Positions 42,846 to 56,824 of a stretch of DNA of 64,000 nucleotides are shown here, in pieces. The notes under the pieces are model-generated. The model made no database searches, was not told the origin of the DNA, and worked only from the letters and a program-made list of their open reading frames with translations. Origin of the DNA: Octopus vulgaris (lineage: Eukaryota); NCBI GenBank assembly GCA_951406725.2, contig OX597817.1, forward strand, positions 100,068,001-100,132,000. The letters run 5' to 3'. Made by a program: the position numbers and the translations under genes. Every line of letters starts with the position of its first letter. The stretch's first letter is position 1.

Positions 42846-43128
42846 TTTTTTCCGTAAAAAAAAAAAAATATATATATATCATCATCATCATCATCATCAT
42901 CATCGTTTAACGTCCGTTTTCCGCGCTAGCACGGGTTGGACGGTTTCGACCGGGGTCTGAGGAGCTCGGGACTGCCCCAGGCTCCAGTCTAGTCTGGCAG
43001 TGTTTCTACAGCTGGATGCCCTTCCTAACGCCAACCACTCCGCGAGTGTAGTGGGTGTATTTTACGTGCCACCTGCACAGGTGCCAGAGGGGTCTGGCAT
43101 CGGCCACGTTCGGATGGTGCTTTTTATG

Positions 43129-43788
43129 GGGGGGGTGCAGAAATATAGGGGAGCACCAGTGGGAGGGGTGGTTCAGAGGACAGGTACTAGTCAAGTAGAA
43201 CGTAGGATATCGAGAGAGGGGTAATGCATGGTGAAATAGCGTATTGAAGAGGGGGTTCAAAGAGTAGACACCTATAATGGTGGTGGGGGGTGCAGAAATA
43301 TAGGGGAGCACCAGTGGGAGGGGTGGTTCAGGGGACAGGTTCTAGGCAAGTAGAACGTAGGATATCGAGAGAGGGTAATGCATGGTGAAATAGCGTATTG
43401 AAGAGGGGGTTCAAAGAGTAGACACCTATAATGGTGGTGGGGGGGGTGCAGAAATATAGGGGAGCACCAGTGGGAGGGGTGGGCACCAGTGGGAGGGGTG
43501 GTTCAGAGGACAGGTTCTAGGCAAGTAGAACGTAGGATATCGAGTGAGGGGTAATGCATGGTGAATAGCGTATTGAAGAGGGGGTTCAAAGAGTAGACAC
43601 CTATAATGGTGGTGGGGGGTGCAGAAATATAGGGGAGCACCAGTGGGAGGGGTGAGCACCAGTGGGAGGGGTGGTCCAGAGGACAGGTTCTAGGCAAGTA
43701 GAACGTAGGATATCGAGAGAGGGGTAATGCATGGTGAAATAGCGTATTGAAGAGGGGTTCAAAGAGTAGACACCTATAATGGTGGTGG
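43129..43788 (+). repeat. G-rich tandem repeat, 4 near-identical units of ~155-175 bp
   Basis: Units start at about 43129, 43285, 43440 and 43614; units 3-4 carry an internal ~19-bp duplication. Confidence 0.92.
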
Positions 43789-44266
43789 GAGAAAACGACA
43801 TCCGGTATAGTTGGAGCAAAATAGAGATATCCGGTATTGGTGGTGGGGGTGGGTAGGGCGGGCGCGCCGCGAAGAATCGGCAGCCAATTTCTATAAGGGA
43901 GATAGGTCTTAAATATCTATAACGATAACTAGTGAATTATACAGAATATGCAAAAACGAGGCGAGGCTGAAAATAGTAAACAGAGTGGCGACTAGGGGGA
44001 TCAGAATAATAATAATTAATAAATAATAATAATAAATAGAGATACGGATGAATTAAAGTTCAAAGATTTCTTATCTTGAGATCACTTCGTTTACGGACAG
44101 ACTTGGCAAAAGGAATTCGGAATCAAGAATGAGGCAGTTTACTAGCTTAAGTATGCATAGCCATGGCGGGTGGTAGGAAGAGAGGAGTCCAGACAGACGA
44201 CAATGTAAAAAGAGGGGAAGAGAAAAACCCCGCGAAGAATCGGCAGCCAATTTCTATAAGGGAGAT

Positions 44267-44304
<38 letters not shown>

Positions 44305-46439
44305 CAAAATAAGAAAATGGAGAAATACACCTTAATCAGTAATCAACTACCAGATAATACCCATATATATATATATATATACATTTTCCTGAAAGTTATG
44401 AGGGAAAAATTAGATCTTGTGAATTTTCCGAAGGTCCTCTCCCCACCCCCAGGTTCGTTTGCGCAATTTTTTTTTTCATATTCGTTTTCTGCACAGTTTT
44501 TAACATCCGGCAGGCTGGGGGGGGGGGTTCGTTAACGGGTGAGGATCTTTATATTGACCAAATTCAGCATTTATTAACTCCAAACATTTTATGCCTAAAA
44601 AAATAATTAAAAATAGATTCAGAACCTGTATTTTGTTTGTACTGAGTTTCAAAAATAATAAACTCTGGCCCATAACCTTTTCCGTTACGCTTTGTTTACC
44701 GAAATTTCGAGGTCACTTTAGCGTGCGGTCTACACAGTATTGTAGTCCACGCTATGAAATGATCTGATCTTGGTAAGGGTCAGGGGTTAAACTGCACACT
44801 AAAGTGACTCCAAAATTCCTTTCGATTTTTGTTTCAAATAAAGATTATAATTCAAAATTTTCTCTTTATTTTTTTTCATTTCCTCAATTTCTCAAGCTCT
44901 TTTATTGATTTAAAAAAATTCTTTTCCTATTATGTTGTTTTCGAATCGTGTTTGAAGCATAAGAAATGAGGATTCTAGGGGAAAAAAAGTTTTTCAAAGT
45001 GGACGTGAAAAAGAAATAAATATTTGGCACTTTGAAAGCATAGAAATGTGTTGATATTCTTTTTAATCTACCCACAGATTTTCTAACATTTATTGCTGTC
45101 CTGATTCATGCCATGTTGCACATAAAATATATGTCAAATAATAATGAGCTGTCGAAAGTACGACTAGGCAAATTAGCCGGTATTATTTGATTCTTTCACT
45201 CGCACAATTTTCACTAAGGAAAAAAAAAAGTCGGATTTAATTTTTTGTTTTTTTTTTTGGAGGGGGGGGGGGCCGGAACCCCTATATTGGGATTGGAATT
45301 TTTTTTTTTTTTCGTTGAATGAATTCTGGTGACCTCCTAATATGCTACAAAACCTTCTTTTGGATCCGGAAAACGGGGTGGGATGTGGTGGAAGCCTCGG
45401 AAATTTCACCCCCACCCCTATTGATCTTTTCACCCGAACGATTTTCACCAAGAAAAAAAAATCGGATTTTTTTGCATGGAATCAAGTACCCTGACTGATC
45501 TGCTAATATGCTGCAAACCCCTTATTTTTGTTCGGAAAAAAGGGGTGGATGGGAAACCGGCTACCCCCATGTCCCGGAATCATTGGAAATTTTTTTCCCG
45601 TTGATTGAATTCCAGTGACCTCCTAATATGCTACAAAATCCATTTTTTGGTCCCGTAAACGGGGTGGGGTGGAATCCTCCGAAATTCCATCCCTATACCA
45701 TTTTAAAATATATTTTGCTATTTCTTTCTTACCCATAATTTTAGATAACATTTTGCCGAAATACGTTTTCAAGAGAGTGGCTTACATTAGATTGAAAATT
45801 CAAAGAAATTTAAAATGAATAAGTGAAAATGCAGAGGTTATAGAAGTTATTGATAACGAAGTGTGTGGAGAGATAATGAACGATAAATTCATCTAAAAAA
45901 AAAAGCACGTTAGAGTTTTTGCATGTATGTGTGAAACGAAGTAGAAGTATAATATTAAAACAAAAATATCTTTTTCCTACCTCTTAAAATGACTGTACCA
46001 TTTGAGCGTGATCGATGCTAGTGCCATCTGACTGGCCCTCGTGCCAGTGGAACTTGAAAAGCACCCACTACACTCTCAAAGTGGTTGGCATTAGGAAGGG
46101 TGTCCAGATGTAGAAACCTTGCCAGAACAGACTGGAACCTCATTGCAGCTTCCTGGCTTGCCAGTTCTGAGTCAAACCGTCCAACCCATGCCAGCATGAC
46201 AAGCAGACGTTAGACGATGATGATGTCTCATTCACTCTCTCTCTCACTCTCTCTCCCACTCCCAACACAAAAATGAAACTCATTTTGGTGTCAAAAATTG
46301 CAAAGGGAAAATGCTTTAATGTTTTTCAAATCTAGTCTGCAATCTGTGATTTTTTTTTTGCACATTCGAAATCTCTGCAGTCGAAAAGGTGGGTTTCTGT
46401 AGGAAAAAAACCGAAAGTGGGGGGTGCAGTCCATGATAT

Positions 46440-47170
46440 CAATCGCCCTCCTGAAATCATAACTCCACCGTCGTGGAGGCCTTCCAAGTGGTCGTTTCCG
46501 CTCATTCGGGTACCACTCGACAACTGCGCGGGTCCACCGATTATCGGTGAGCCGGGCGACGTGTCCAGCCCATCTAAACTTGCTGCGTGTATATTCTATG
46601 ATGACATCCCTCACGCCGGACTTCTCTCTGATGACCTCGCTACTGATGTGCTCTCTCAACGAGATTCCAAGCACTGAACTCTCTACGGCTCTTTGAACCG
46701 TTACCAATCTCTGTTCTTCTCTCTTTGTTGTAACCCATGTTTCACTACCATATAACATTGCAGGTAGAACTGTGCTATTGATGAGGTTGGCGCGGGTGAT
46801 CCTGTCCAACCTTCCCTTGAGCACATCCCTTATGCCATTAAACGCCTTCCATCTGGCCCTTACTCTCCGTGAAATCTCCTTTTCGATATCTCGGCACATA
46901 TTCACTTCCTGTCCCAGGTAGACATATTCCTTTACCTCCTCTATTTCATCAATGCTGATCACCTGTTGGTGTGTTGTGAGACTGCATGAACTTCGTTTTC
47001 ATGCGGTTCATCTTGAAACCTACTGCAGAGCTTTTGATGTTGAGCTCCGTCAGTATAGTCTGAAGCTGATTCATGGTTTCAGCGACGATTACGATGGTGG
47101 GTGAGTAGCTCACCATTGATGTTGACACCGCCTTGCCAGTCGATGCCTCTGATGATCTGCTTGAGACATG
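46440..47170 (-). mobile_element. RTE-clade LINE reverse transcriptase C-terminal fragment
   Basis: EEVKEYVYLGQ...LPAMLYGSETW...RWAGHVAR...RPLGRPPRRW. Confidence 0.9.
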
Positions 47171-48711
47171 TGGTGAAAAGTTTTGGAGAGATCGTATCTC
47201 CTTGCTTCACTCGACCGGCATTTGGCCTTCTCCCTTCTCGACCGCCAAATGCAGCGCCTTATCCCTCTTCCCATCAAAGATGCACACACCCATGCACGCT
47301 TATATATGTACGAGTGAGGGTACGTGTATATGCATGCATGTGGGTATATGTAAACATACGTACACATGCAAGGTATATATACCTGCATATGCAGAGGCGA
47401 TGACACATGCAAATGAGCGTATAAGTGAGCGTGTATGAGTGCATACGCATGCGAATAAGGATTGTATATGTAACTTATCTTATATATACATGTATATACA
47501 TCTTCACATACATATTTTCTCAGATTACTAAGCACTGAACTGCTATTTCCTTAATTCTTCATATATTTGCCCCCCATTTAAACTCTACTACTACACATTA
47601 GTCATGCCTTTACCTCTTAACCCCTCCCTTCCTCTATCTTTTACACTATAATACATTTCTCTTTCTATCCCCACTCCTACTTTCAAATTATCTCCACTGA
47701 CCACTGACTGATCTATATCTTAGTTTTCTTTTTTCTTTATTCCATTTATTCCTATCTTCAGGGTTTTTATTCTTTATTTTTTATTATTTCGTTATTTTTA
47801 CTAATCTTCTCTCTCCTTCCTCTTTCATTTTTTCTTTCTCTCCTCTTTTTTCTCTTCCTTTTTTTTTATTCCTCTCTTCCTGTTTCCAATTTGACCAGAC
47901 TAATACATTCCCTATTTCTAGGTCACTTTAAATACAAACCTTTGACTCAGTAACACTGTATATAAATTTCCTATGGGAATGACCAAGTTTAAAAATCTGC
48001 TGGATCTCACTCATAAGGGAATCTGACATTGCTTATAAACTCTATATTTGGAAGGACTCATATTAAACTCTGTTGAACTTTTGGATTTTACTCAAAGGAT
48101 ATTGGAATATTGCATATATACCATTATGCCTATAACACGGATTTACAACTTCAATACCCATAAATATCTTGCATCTATTGGATCTTTTCCTTTTGAACGG
48201 CAGACAATTTCTAGTAACTAAACATTTTAAAACTTTGTATACTGGTAGAATGTGTCAAAATAAAACATTTTTATAGATTTGTTAATTTTTCCTGAGAACA
48301 GCAATTTTTATTTTAGCTCACATCACAAATTCATAATTATAATCACGTATTCATTTTTTTGTTAGTCAACACCTGTGGATCTCCTGTGTTGCAAATGTTA
48401 CCTAGGATTGATATCACAACTGATTCAGCAATTTCTGTTTTACACTCGTTTCGCTGAGTTTTCATATATTTCGGGAAACTCAGATTTAGTATCATAGTAA
48501 ATATTTTATTTAAGCATTGAGAAATATAGATAAACCTTGTTTCTTATTCTCCTGCTTTTTCCTACATTTAGGACTACATTAGCCAATGTATCCATAAAAG
48601 ATGGTGCATTTTCATGAATAGGATGCTTTTTCTTGCAAGTTTAGCAACTAGGAAAAGATATTTCTTTCAATCTTGTTTTGCTGAATTCAATTTTTCCTGT
48701 GGCAATTCCAC

Positions 48712-49865
48712 TATTGATGGGTACCCAAAACAAACTAGAATTTTGCAATATTATTTTATTCACTTTTATATGTTTACACTTTTATTGCATTTTCCACTGT
48801 TCAAAGCAAACAAATGCCTTTTAATGCCTCCATCACTTTTTTCTTCACCTCTTCCACATCTGCAAAACGTTTCCTTTAAAGACTTTTTTCATTCGGGGGA
48901 ACAAAAAATGTCACAGAGAACAAGACTGGGGGAAGAGGGTGGATGGGCAAGTGGGGTCATGTAATTTTTAGTCAAAAACTGTCTCATACTCAAGGCAGTG
49001 TGTGCAGATGCATTGTTGTGATGAAACTACCACTTTGTCATAGGTCATGGTGTTTTCATCTCACTGTGTCACGCAAATGCTTCAGAACTGCCAAGTAAAA
49101 TGTCTGATTAACAGTTAGACCAGGCGAACCAAATTATGTGTGGACAATTCCTTTCATATCGATGAAACAAATCAGTATCCTCTTTACATTTGACTTCACT
49201 TGATGCATTTTTTTTTTTTTTTGAGGGCATGATGACGTTGAATGCTTCCATTGACTTGATTGCTGCTTCGTTTCTGGATCGTAGCTGTAGCACCACCTTT
49301 CATCACCAGTAATAACCTTTAAATAAAGGTCCAGATCAACTTCCAACTGTTCTTTCAGTTGTGACTGCTTTTGATCTTCTGTGAGCAAGCAAGGTACAAA
49401 TTTTGCTGCAACTCTTTACGCTCAAAATTCGTTGGCATGTGCGTCAGGACACACCAGTCATATCAACAAGTTTGTCAATTGTTCAGCAATGGTCCTCCAT
49501 TGAATTTTCGTAATGTTTTTGTTTGGGAGTGTGAAAACCACTCATTGACTTGTATTTTGCTCATGGCAGTGTCCTTGTAAGCTATTTGAAGCATGACAAC
49601 TGTTTCAGTCACTGTTTTCCCCAGCAGAAAACAGAATTTCATGGAATCTCACTGTTCCTTCATTTCATCCATCACAAAAATCAACAAACAGGAGAAGCAC
49701 TACAAAACAAAGATGCACCATGTGACTGTACGACTTCATCTGGTGATGCTGGTCAGCAGACTGATGCCTGAGAGTCGCATCAAATGGCTTCTAGTGGTCG
49801 AAGCCTGAACTTCAACAGGCTTGTCTCACAGAACATTTCTGGTTACTTTTGGATACCCCCTTGTA
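48712..49865 (-). mobile_element. Decayed mariner element
   Basis: ITGDERWCYSYDPETKQQSSQWK and a YSPDLAP-like remnant; degenerate TA-flanked TIRs (gggtacccaaaa / gggtatccaaaa). Confidence 0.8.
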
Positions 49866-50278
49866 TAAACTCACCTATCTTTACCTCTGTACAATGTTGT
49901 TTCTCCACAGTCTAGTCTAAATTACCAAGGCGAGATGTATCTTGATATTTGGGCAAACTTGCATTCCTTTATACATACATCTATATTTCTGTCTTTGAGA
50001 CCTTTCTGGTACTGTAATTTATGTATCGTTGCAACTGAAGGCTGTATATATGTCTATATTTACATGTAGGTATGTAAATATACAAATTTGCTTTTTGCTT
50101 ATTTATTGCCAGATAAGACCGGAGCCTGGTGCAGCCTTCTGGCTTCCCAGATCCCCGGTCGAACCGTCCAACCCATGCTAGCATGGAGAACGGACGTTAA
50201 ACGATGATGATGATGATGATGATGATGATGATAGCTATAATGTCCTAAATTTTAGTAACGCTACATCTTTTGTTTCAG

Positions 50279-50509
50279 ATAAGCCATCATCTTCAGTATC
50301 CTGATGGCATAACACATGTATATTCTTACTTTGAGAGCAGAGGCGGAAAGTTTCCCCAGACTTTGTTTTTTGGACTTCAGTACATATTAAAAAGATGGTT
50401 GTGTGGCCAAGTTGTGACCAAAGAAAAAATTGCAGAAGCTAAAGAAATTTGCCAACTTCATTTTGGCCAAGACATTTTCAATGAAGAAGGTTGGAATTAT
50501 ATTTTAGAA
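50279..50509 (+). CDS. NAMPT: NAMPT exon 2 (ISHHLQYP...YSYFESRGG...FFGLQYILK...FNEEGWNYILE)
   Basis: Acceptor tttcag, donor GAA/gtaagt, 231 nt, phase 0/0, strong NAMPT motifs. Confidence 0.95.
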
Positions 50510-50789
50510 GTAAGTCTCCGTTTTATGCTAGTTGTTTTTGAAATGTTAACTATCTACTTCTACTTTCTTTAATAACAATACTCTCTGTAATTATTAACAT
50601 TTATCTCTTTGCAGATGTGCTTGTTGTTTAGCTCCAGGTCAGCTCTGATCTAGCCATCCTTTTATAATCAGCTTATCTTTTCATATAACCAGAATCACAT
50701 TGTCCACTGTATCCCTGTATAGGTCAAACTACCATGCAGAGGTTGTTTCATTGCATATGTATTTGCTATCTTTATTATAGTCATGTAAT

Positions 50790-51005
50790 AAGGCAGCAAG
50801 CTGGTAGAATCGTTAGCATGCTGGGCAAAATGCTTAGCGGTATTTCGTCTATCTTTAATATTTGCATTCAAATTCTGCTGAGGTTGACTTTGGCTTTCAT
50901 CCTTCTGGGGTCAATAAAATAAGTACCAGTTGAGTACTGGGGTCAATGTAACTGACAAGCCCCTCTCCTGAAATTGCTGGCCTTGTGCCAAAATTTGAAA
51001 CCATT
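50790..51005 (+). mobile_element. SINE of a second tRNA-derived family
   Basis: GGC...AGCTGGTAGAATCGTTAGC head, a shared central domain (ggggtcaataaaataagtaccag) and a gtgccaaaatttgaaac tail. Confidence 0.6.
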
Positions 51006-51414
51006 ATCTTCATGTAATATCTTGTAATTTATGTAGAAGCAAGTTTTGAAAAATCTTTGATATTTTACTTGTTTCAGTCATTGGACTGTGGCCATGCTGG
51101 GTCACAGTCTTTAAGTGTTTTAGTCAAACAAATTGGTCCCAGTTCTTATTTTAAGTGTGGTTCTTATTCTGTTGGTTTCTTTTGTTGAATCACTAGAACT
51201 CACTACAATCACGGAGTGGTTAGCGTTAGGAAGGGCATCCAGCCGTAGAAACATTGCCAGATCAGACTGGGCCTGGTGCAGCCTTCTGGCTTCCCAGACC
51301 CCAGTTGAACCGTCCAACCCATGCTAGCATGGAAAGCGGATGCTAAATGATGATGATGATGATAAACAAGCCAACACTGGCTGATAAGTGGGGGTGGAAC
51401 AAAAATACTCACAC

Positions 51415-51415
51415 A

Positions 51416-51464
<49 letters not shown>

Positions 51465-53277
51465 GTATATTTATATGTATGTATGTATGTATATTTATAG
51501 ATATGTATGTATATTTATAGATATGTATGTATGTATGTATGTATATTTATAGATATGTATGTATGTATGTATGTATGTATAGATAGATATGTATGTATGT
51601 ATGTATGTATGTATATTTATAGATATGTATGTATGTATGTATGTATATTTATAGATATGTATGTATGTATATTTATAGATATGTATGTATGGATGTATAT
51701 TTATAGATATGTATGTATGGATGTATGTATATTTATAGATATGTATGTATGTATATTTATAGATATGTATGAATGTATGTATATTTATAGATATGTATGG
51801 ATGTATGTATATTTATAGATTTGTATGGATGTATGTATATTTATAGATATGTATGGATGTATTTATATTTATAGATATGTATGTATGTATATTTATAGAT
51901 ATATATGTATGTATGTATATTTATAGATATGTATGGATGTATGTATATTTATAGATATGTATGGATGTATGTATATTTATAGATATGTATGGATGTATGT
52001 ATATTTGTAGATATATATGTATGTATGTATATTTATAGATATGTATGGATGTATGTATATTTATAGATTTGTATGGATGTACACTTGCGTCAGAAATTAA
52101 TTAGCACCCTTGATTTGCTCTTCACTCAAGGTATGTGCTGTCACCTAGTGGCCATATCTCGAACTATTGCTTTGTTGCGAGTTCACTGTTGCGCAGAACG
52201 ATGACGTAACTTTGTTTGCAGAGCAGTTTGAGAGTCTACAGCCTTATGATGTTGACATAACTGTGCAACAAATTGGAGTGCGGATGCAGACAAATCTTCC
52301 TTTGTTTAATAGATATAGGTAGCGCCTCGCAAGGACCAAAATCACACCATACTAAGTTTTCTCATTGCGTAAGACGTTTTGAACAGCTCATAGGTTAATT
52401 GATTTAACCTATTTAATGTAGAAATTTGAGAAGTGCTAATTAATTTCTGACGCAAGTGTATGTATATTTATAGATATGTATGGATGTATGTATATTTGTA
52501 GATATATATGTATGTATGTATATTTATAGATATATATGTATGTATGTATATTTATAGATATGTATGGATGTATGTATATTTATAGATATGTATGGATGTA
52601 TGTATATTTATAGATATGTATGGATGTATGTATATTTATAGATATGTATGGATGTATGTATATTTGTAGATATATATGTATGTATATTTATAGATATATA
52701 TGTATGTATCTATATTATAGATATGTATGGATGTATGTATATTTATAGATATGTATGGATGTATGTATATTTATAGATATGTATGGATGTATGTATATTT
52801 ATAGATATGTATGGATGTATGTATATTTGTAGATATATATGTATGTATGTATATTTATAGATATATATGTATGTATGTATGTATATTTATAGATATATAT
52901 GTATGTATATATGTATATTTATGTGTATATATATGTGTATATATATGTATATATATATGTGTATATCATATGTATATATATGTGTGTATATATATATGTA
53001 TATATATATGTGTATATATATGTATATATATGTGTATATATATGTATATATATATGTATATATATATGTATATATATATGTGTATTTATATGTATATATA
53101 TATGTGTATATATATGTATATATATATGTGTATCATCATCATCGTTTAACGTCCGCTTTCCATGCTAGCATGGGTTGGACCAATGTATATATGTGTATGT
53201 ATATATATATGTATGTATATATATGTGTATATATACGTATGTAAATATATATGTGTATATATATGTATGTATATATA

Positions 53278-53316
<39 letters not shown>

Positions 53317-53452
53317 GTATATATGTGTATATATATGTATGTATATATATGTATATATATATATATGTATATATATATATGTGTATATATATGTGTATAT
53401 ATATATGTATATATATATGTGTATATATATGTATATATATATGTGTATATAT

Positions 53453-53490
<38 letters not shown>

Positions 53491-54073
53491 GTGTGTATAT
53501 ATATATATATGTGTATATATATGTGTATATATATATATATGTGTATATATATGTGTATATATATATATATGTGTGTATATATATATATGTGTATATATAT
53601 ATGTGTGTGTGTGTATATGTATATATGTATATATATATATATGTGTGTATATATATATGTATGTATATATATGTGTGTGTGTATATATGTATGTATATAT
53701 ATATATATATATGTGTGTGTATATATATATGTATGTATCTATGTGTGTATATATATATATGTGTGTGTGTATATATGTATGTATATATATATGTGTATAT
53801 ATATGTATATATATATATGTGTATATATATGTATGTGTATATGTATGTATATATGTGTATATGTATATATATGTGTGTATATATCTATGTATATATATAT
53901 ATATGTGTATATATGTATGTATGTATATATATATATATGTGTATATATATGTATATATGTGTGAGGTGGAAGTTACTGCCGTGTGTGTATGTGTGCGTAT
54001 AGCTGCTCAGTGCCTCTCCGAAAGAGAGAGAGAGAGGGATATATGTATATATATATGTGTATATATATATATA

Positions 54074-54108
<35 letters not shown>

Positions 54109-54203
54109 GTGTGTATGTATATATATATATGTGTGTATATATATATATCTATGTATATATATATATATGTTTGTGTGTGTGTGTGTATATGTATCTATGT
54201 TTG

Positions 54204-54255
<52 letters not shown>

Positions 54256-54325
54256 TATATGTGTATGCATATATATGTGTATATGTATATATGTATATAT
54301 ATGTGTATGTATATATATGTGTATA
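51415..54325. repeat. ~2.9-kb micro/minisatellite complex including a 28-bp unit (tatatttatagatatgtatggatgtatg)
   Basis: Read directly from the sequence. Confidence 0.95.
52082..52458. mobile_element. 377-bp Tc1/mariner-type MITE
   Basis: Perfect 26-bp TIR CACTTGCGTCAGAAATTAATTAGCAC with a TA duplication. Confidence 0.92.
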
Positions 54326-54656
54326 CACTTTTTTATCCAAGGGGAGGCAATGCGAGCAACAACCATAGGAACATCATAAAATTCAAAGATAGACCAAACA
54401 CATACTAATTTACATCGAAACAGTCCGACATTTTAAAAAACTTTTTAATTCAATAATATATAAGTATCATATACAAATGTAAATATAAATATAAATTTTG
54501 CATATAACACTCTTAAAACTGTTAAAATAAGAGAAATAAATATAATGATAATAAAATAAAAATATGGCATATCAAAAGATGAATAAAATTCCGGCGAATA
54601 GTACATAGAATATAATACATATACAAGCTTACAAAAATATAAAATATACAGAAGTC

Positions 54657-54737
54657 CGTCTACGGGCTGTTTCGGGGATGTGCCAATTAATATTAGACAT
54701 ATGAGTACTTAAAATTGGCACTCCCTTCATCAGGATG
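54657..54737 (-). ncRNA. Type-I hammerhead ribozyme motif with long stem II
   Basis: Minus strand: catc CTGATGA a GGGAGTGCCAATT...AATTGGCACATCCCC GAAAC agccc GTA gacg; stem I is weak. Confidence 0.7.
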
Positions 54738-55089
54738 TCCTATACAACACATATAAAACATGAACAAATACACAATCACATACCGGTCATTCTCAGAACA
54801 CGGCATTTACGTACTCCCAGAAATTTTTTCGGTGATCCTGAATGTAACTTTATATGCATGCAATTCAATCTGGCCGCTGTAGTACTTCTAAGTATCCTCC
54901 TGGGCATTTGACAAAGTGTATTTTCTGTATATTCCCAGTGTTTATTGTACATGCACATCTACCACACACAAAGCTGCTTTCTCTGTTAACCTTCCTCTGT
55001 TACTGCTGCTTTTCTTATGTGTTCATAGCTTGCACTGGATACACCTTTTGGAGTTTCTACCTGTTACTTTTCTACATATTGAAGAGGGT

Positions 55090-55900
55090 TATCACCCTGA
55101 AGGGATTTGAAATTTGTCTGTTTTCCTTCTTACTAAGACTTTGGTCTTTGCTAAATTAACTCTAAGGCCTTTAGATTCCTGACCTTACTTCCATACTTGA
55201 AATTTCGACATTAAACGATGATGATGATGAACAAGTTCATGTAGTGATTCACCTATAAAAACAAGGTCGTCAGTGTAGAGGAGCTCCCAAGAGCAGCCAA
55301 TCTTAAATTCCTCTGTCAAGGCCTGGAGGACGATGATAAACAAGAGGAGACTGAGAAACAGTCCTTGTTGAACTCCTACTTGTACATTAAATTCATTGCT
55401 ATACTTGTTGCTGGCCTTCACCCTACTAACAGCAACCCTGTACAGTTCTCACCAACCACTTATCTATCCTTAGCTTCTGCATTGACCACCAGGGAAGGGA
55501 GTGGGCGACTCTGTTAAATGCTTTCTCAATATCAACAGTCATTTACAGAGGTTTATTTTAGGCTAAGTACTTCTGCAGCTGCTTTACTAGGAATATAGCA
55601 TCAGTGGTGCTCTCCCTGGCACAAAACCAAACTGCATCTCATCTAGACTAACTCTCTTCCTAATTAGTTGAGCTGTAACTTTCATCACTTGGTCCAGCAA
55701 TTTGATACCTCTAATTATTTCTTTGTAGCAGTTGACTATAATGCTGCTACACCAGTCATTGGGTACGACCCCCTTGTGAACAACCTGATTAACTATGTGG
55801 GTGACTAGATCATATCCCTCTCCACCAGATATATTAAGCATCTCAGTGGTGATTCCTGATGGGCTTCATAGCTTTATCTACCAAGCTACTATCTATTCAG
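55090..55900 (-). mobile_element. RTE LINE RT-domain remnant (further remnants at about 57050-57420 and 61850-62520)
   Basis: RGIKLL, LDEMQFGFVPGR, GVQQG..LSLLLF and ELLYTDDL motifs with frameshifts. Confidence 0.8.
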
Positions 55901-55933
55901 ATAGCTGAGCCCTCAATTTAATATATATGTCTC

Positions 55934-56146
55934 TTAACCCTTCAGCATTTAAACTGGCCACATCTGGCTCATATATTCTACCTGTTTTATGTTCAAACCA
56001 GCCATATCTAGCCTCTCACATTGTCATTCAAATAATAAACAAACATAACGTTGGACTCTTGAAGTGATAAAATAATGCATGATTAATTCAAAACAATGTG
56101 AATAAATAAACATTACTTGACAGTAATCTGAATGCTAATGGGTTAA
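55934..56146. mobile_element. piggyBac-type MITE (same family as 6004-6222)
   Basis: TTAA-CCCTTCAGCATT ... AATGCTAATGGG-TTAA. Confidence 0.75.
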
Positions 56147-56545
56147 GGTGAATTGCATTCTGTGATTGTGAAGTCTTGCAGCATGCAAACATTACATTAT
56201 AAGGTTCATTTTATCTAGCAGATATATTACTCTTATGCAAACAAGATTTTCTGCATTCCTGTTCAATTAAAAAAATATTGCAATAAACACATCCTTCAGG
56301 GAATTCCACAATATGTGTTTGCTATGCTGTTGCATGATGCAGTGTAAGGCAATAAATATTTAAAGAAAATACTTTGTGGTTAATGTACTGATCTAGATAA
56401 AATAAATTCCTATCACACTTTTTCTATTATGAGCAGTCAAACAGTACATTTGTCTTCATAAAGTTTTTGAAATATGTATTCATTCATGTAGAAGTTTTGT
56501 ATTGCAGGTAATTTCAATTTTTTACTCAGAAATCCTTTTTTATAG

Positions 56546-56824
<279 letters not shown>

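Noticed and set aside
44703-44817. Small imperfect inverted repeat
   Set aside because: Probably an internal piece of a MITE; the arms are too short and there is no evidence for a miRNA.
47940-48040. Imperfect stem-loop in an LTR-like repeat
   Set aside because: No recognisable ribozyme core; it cannot be supported without alignment of copies.
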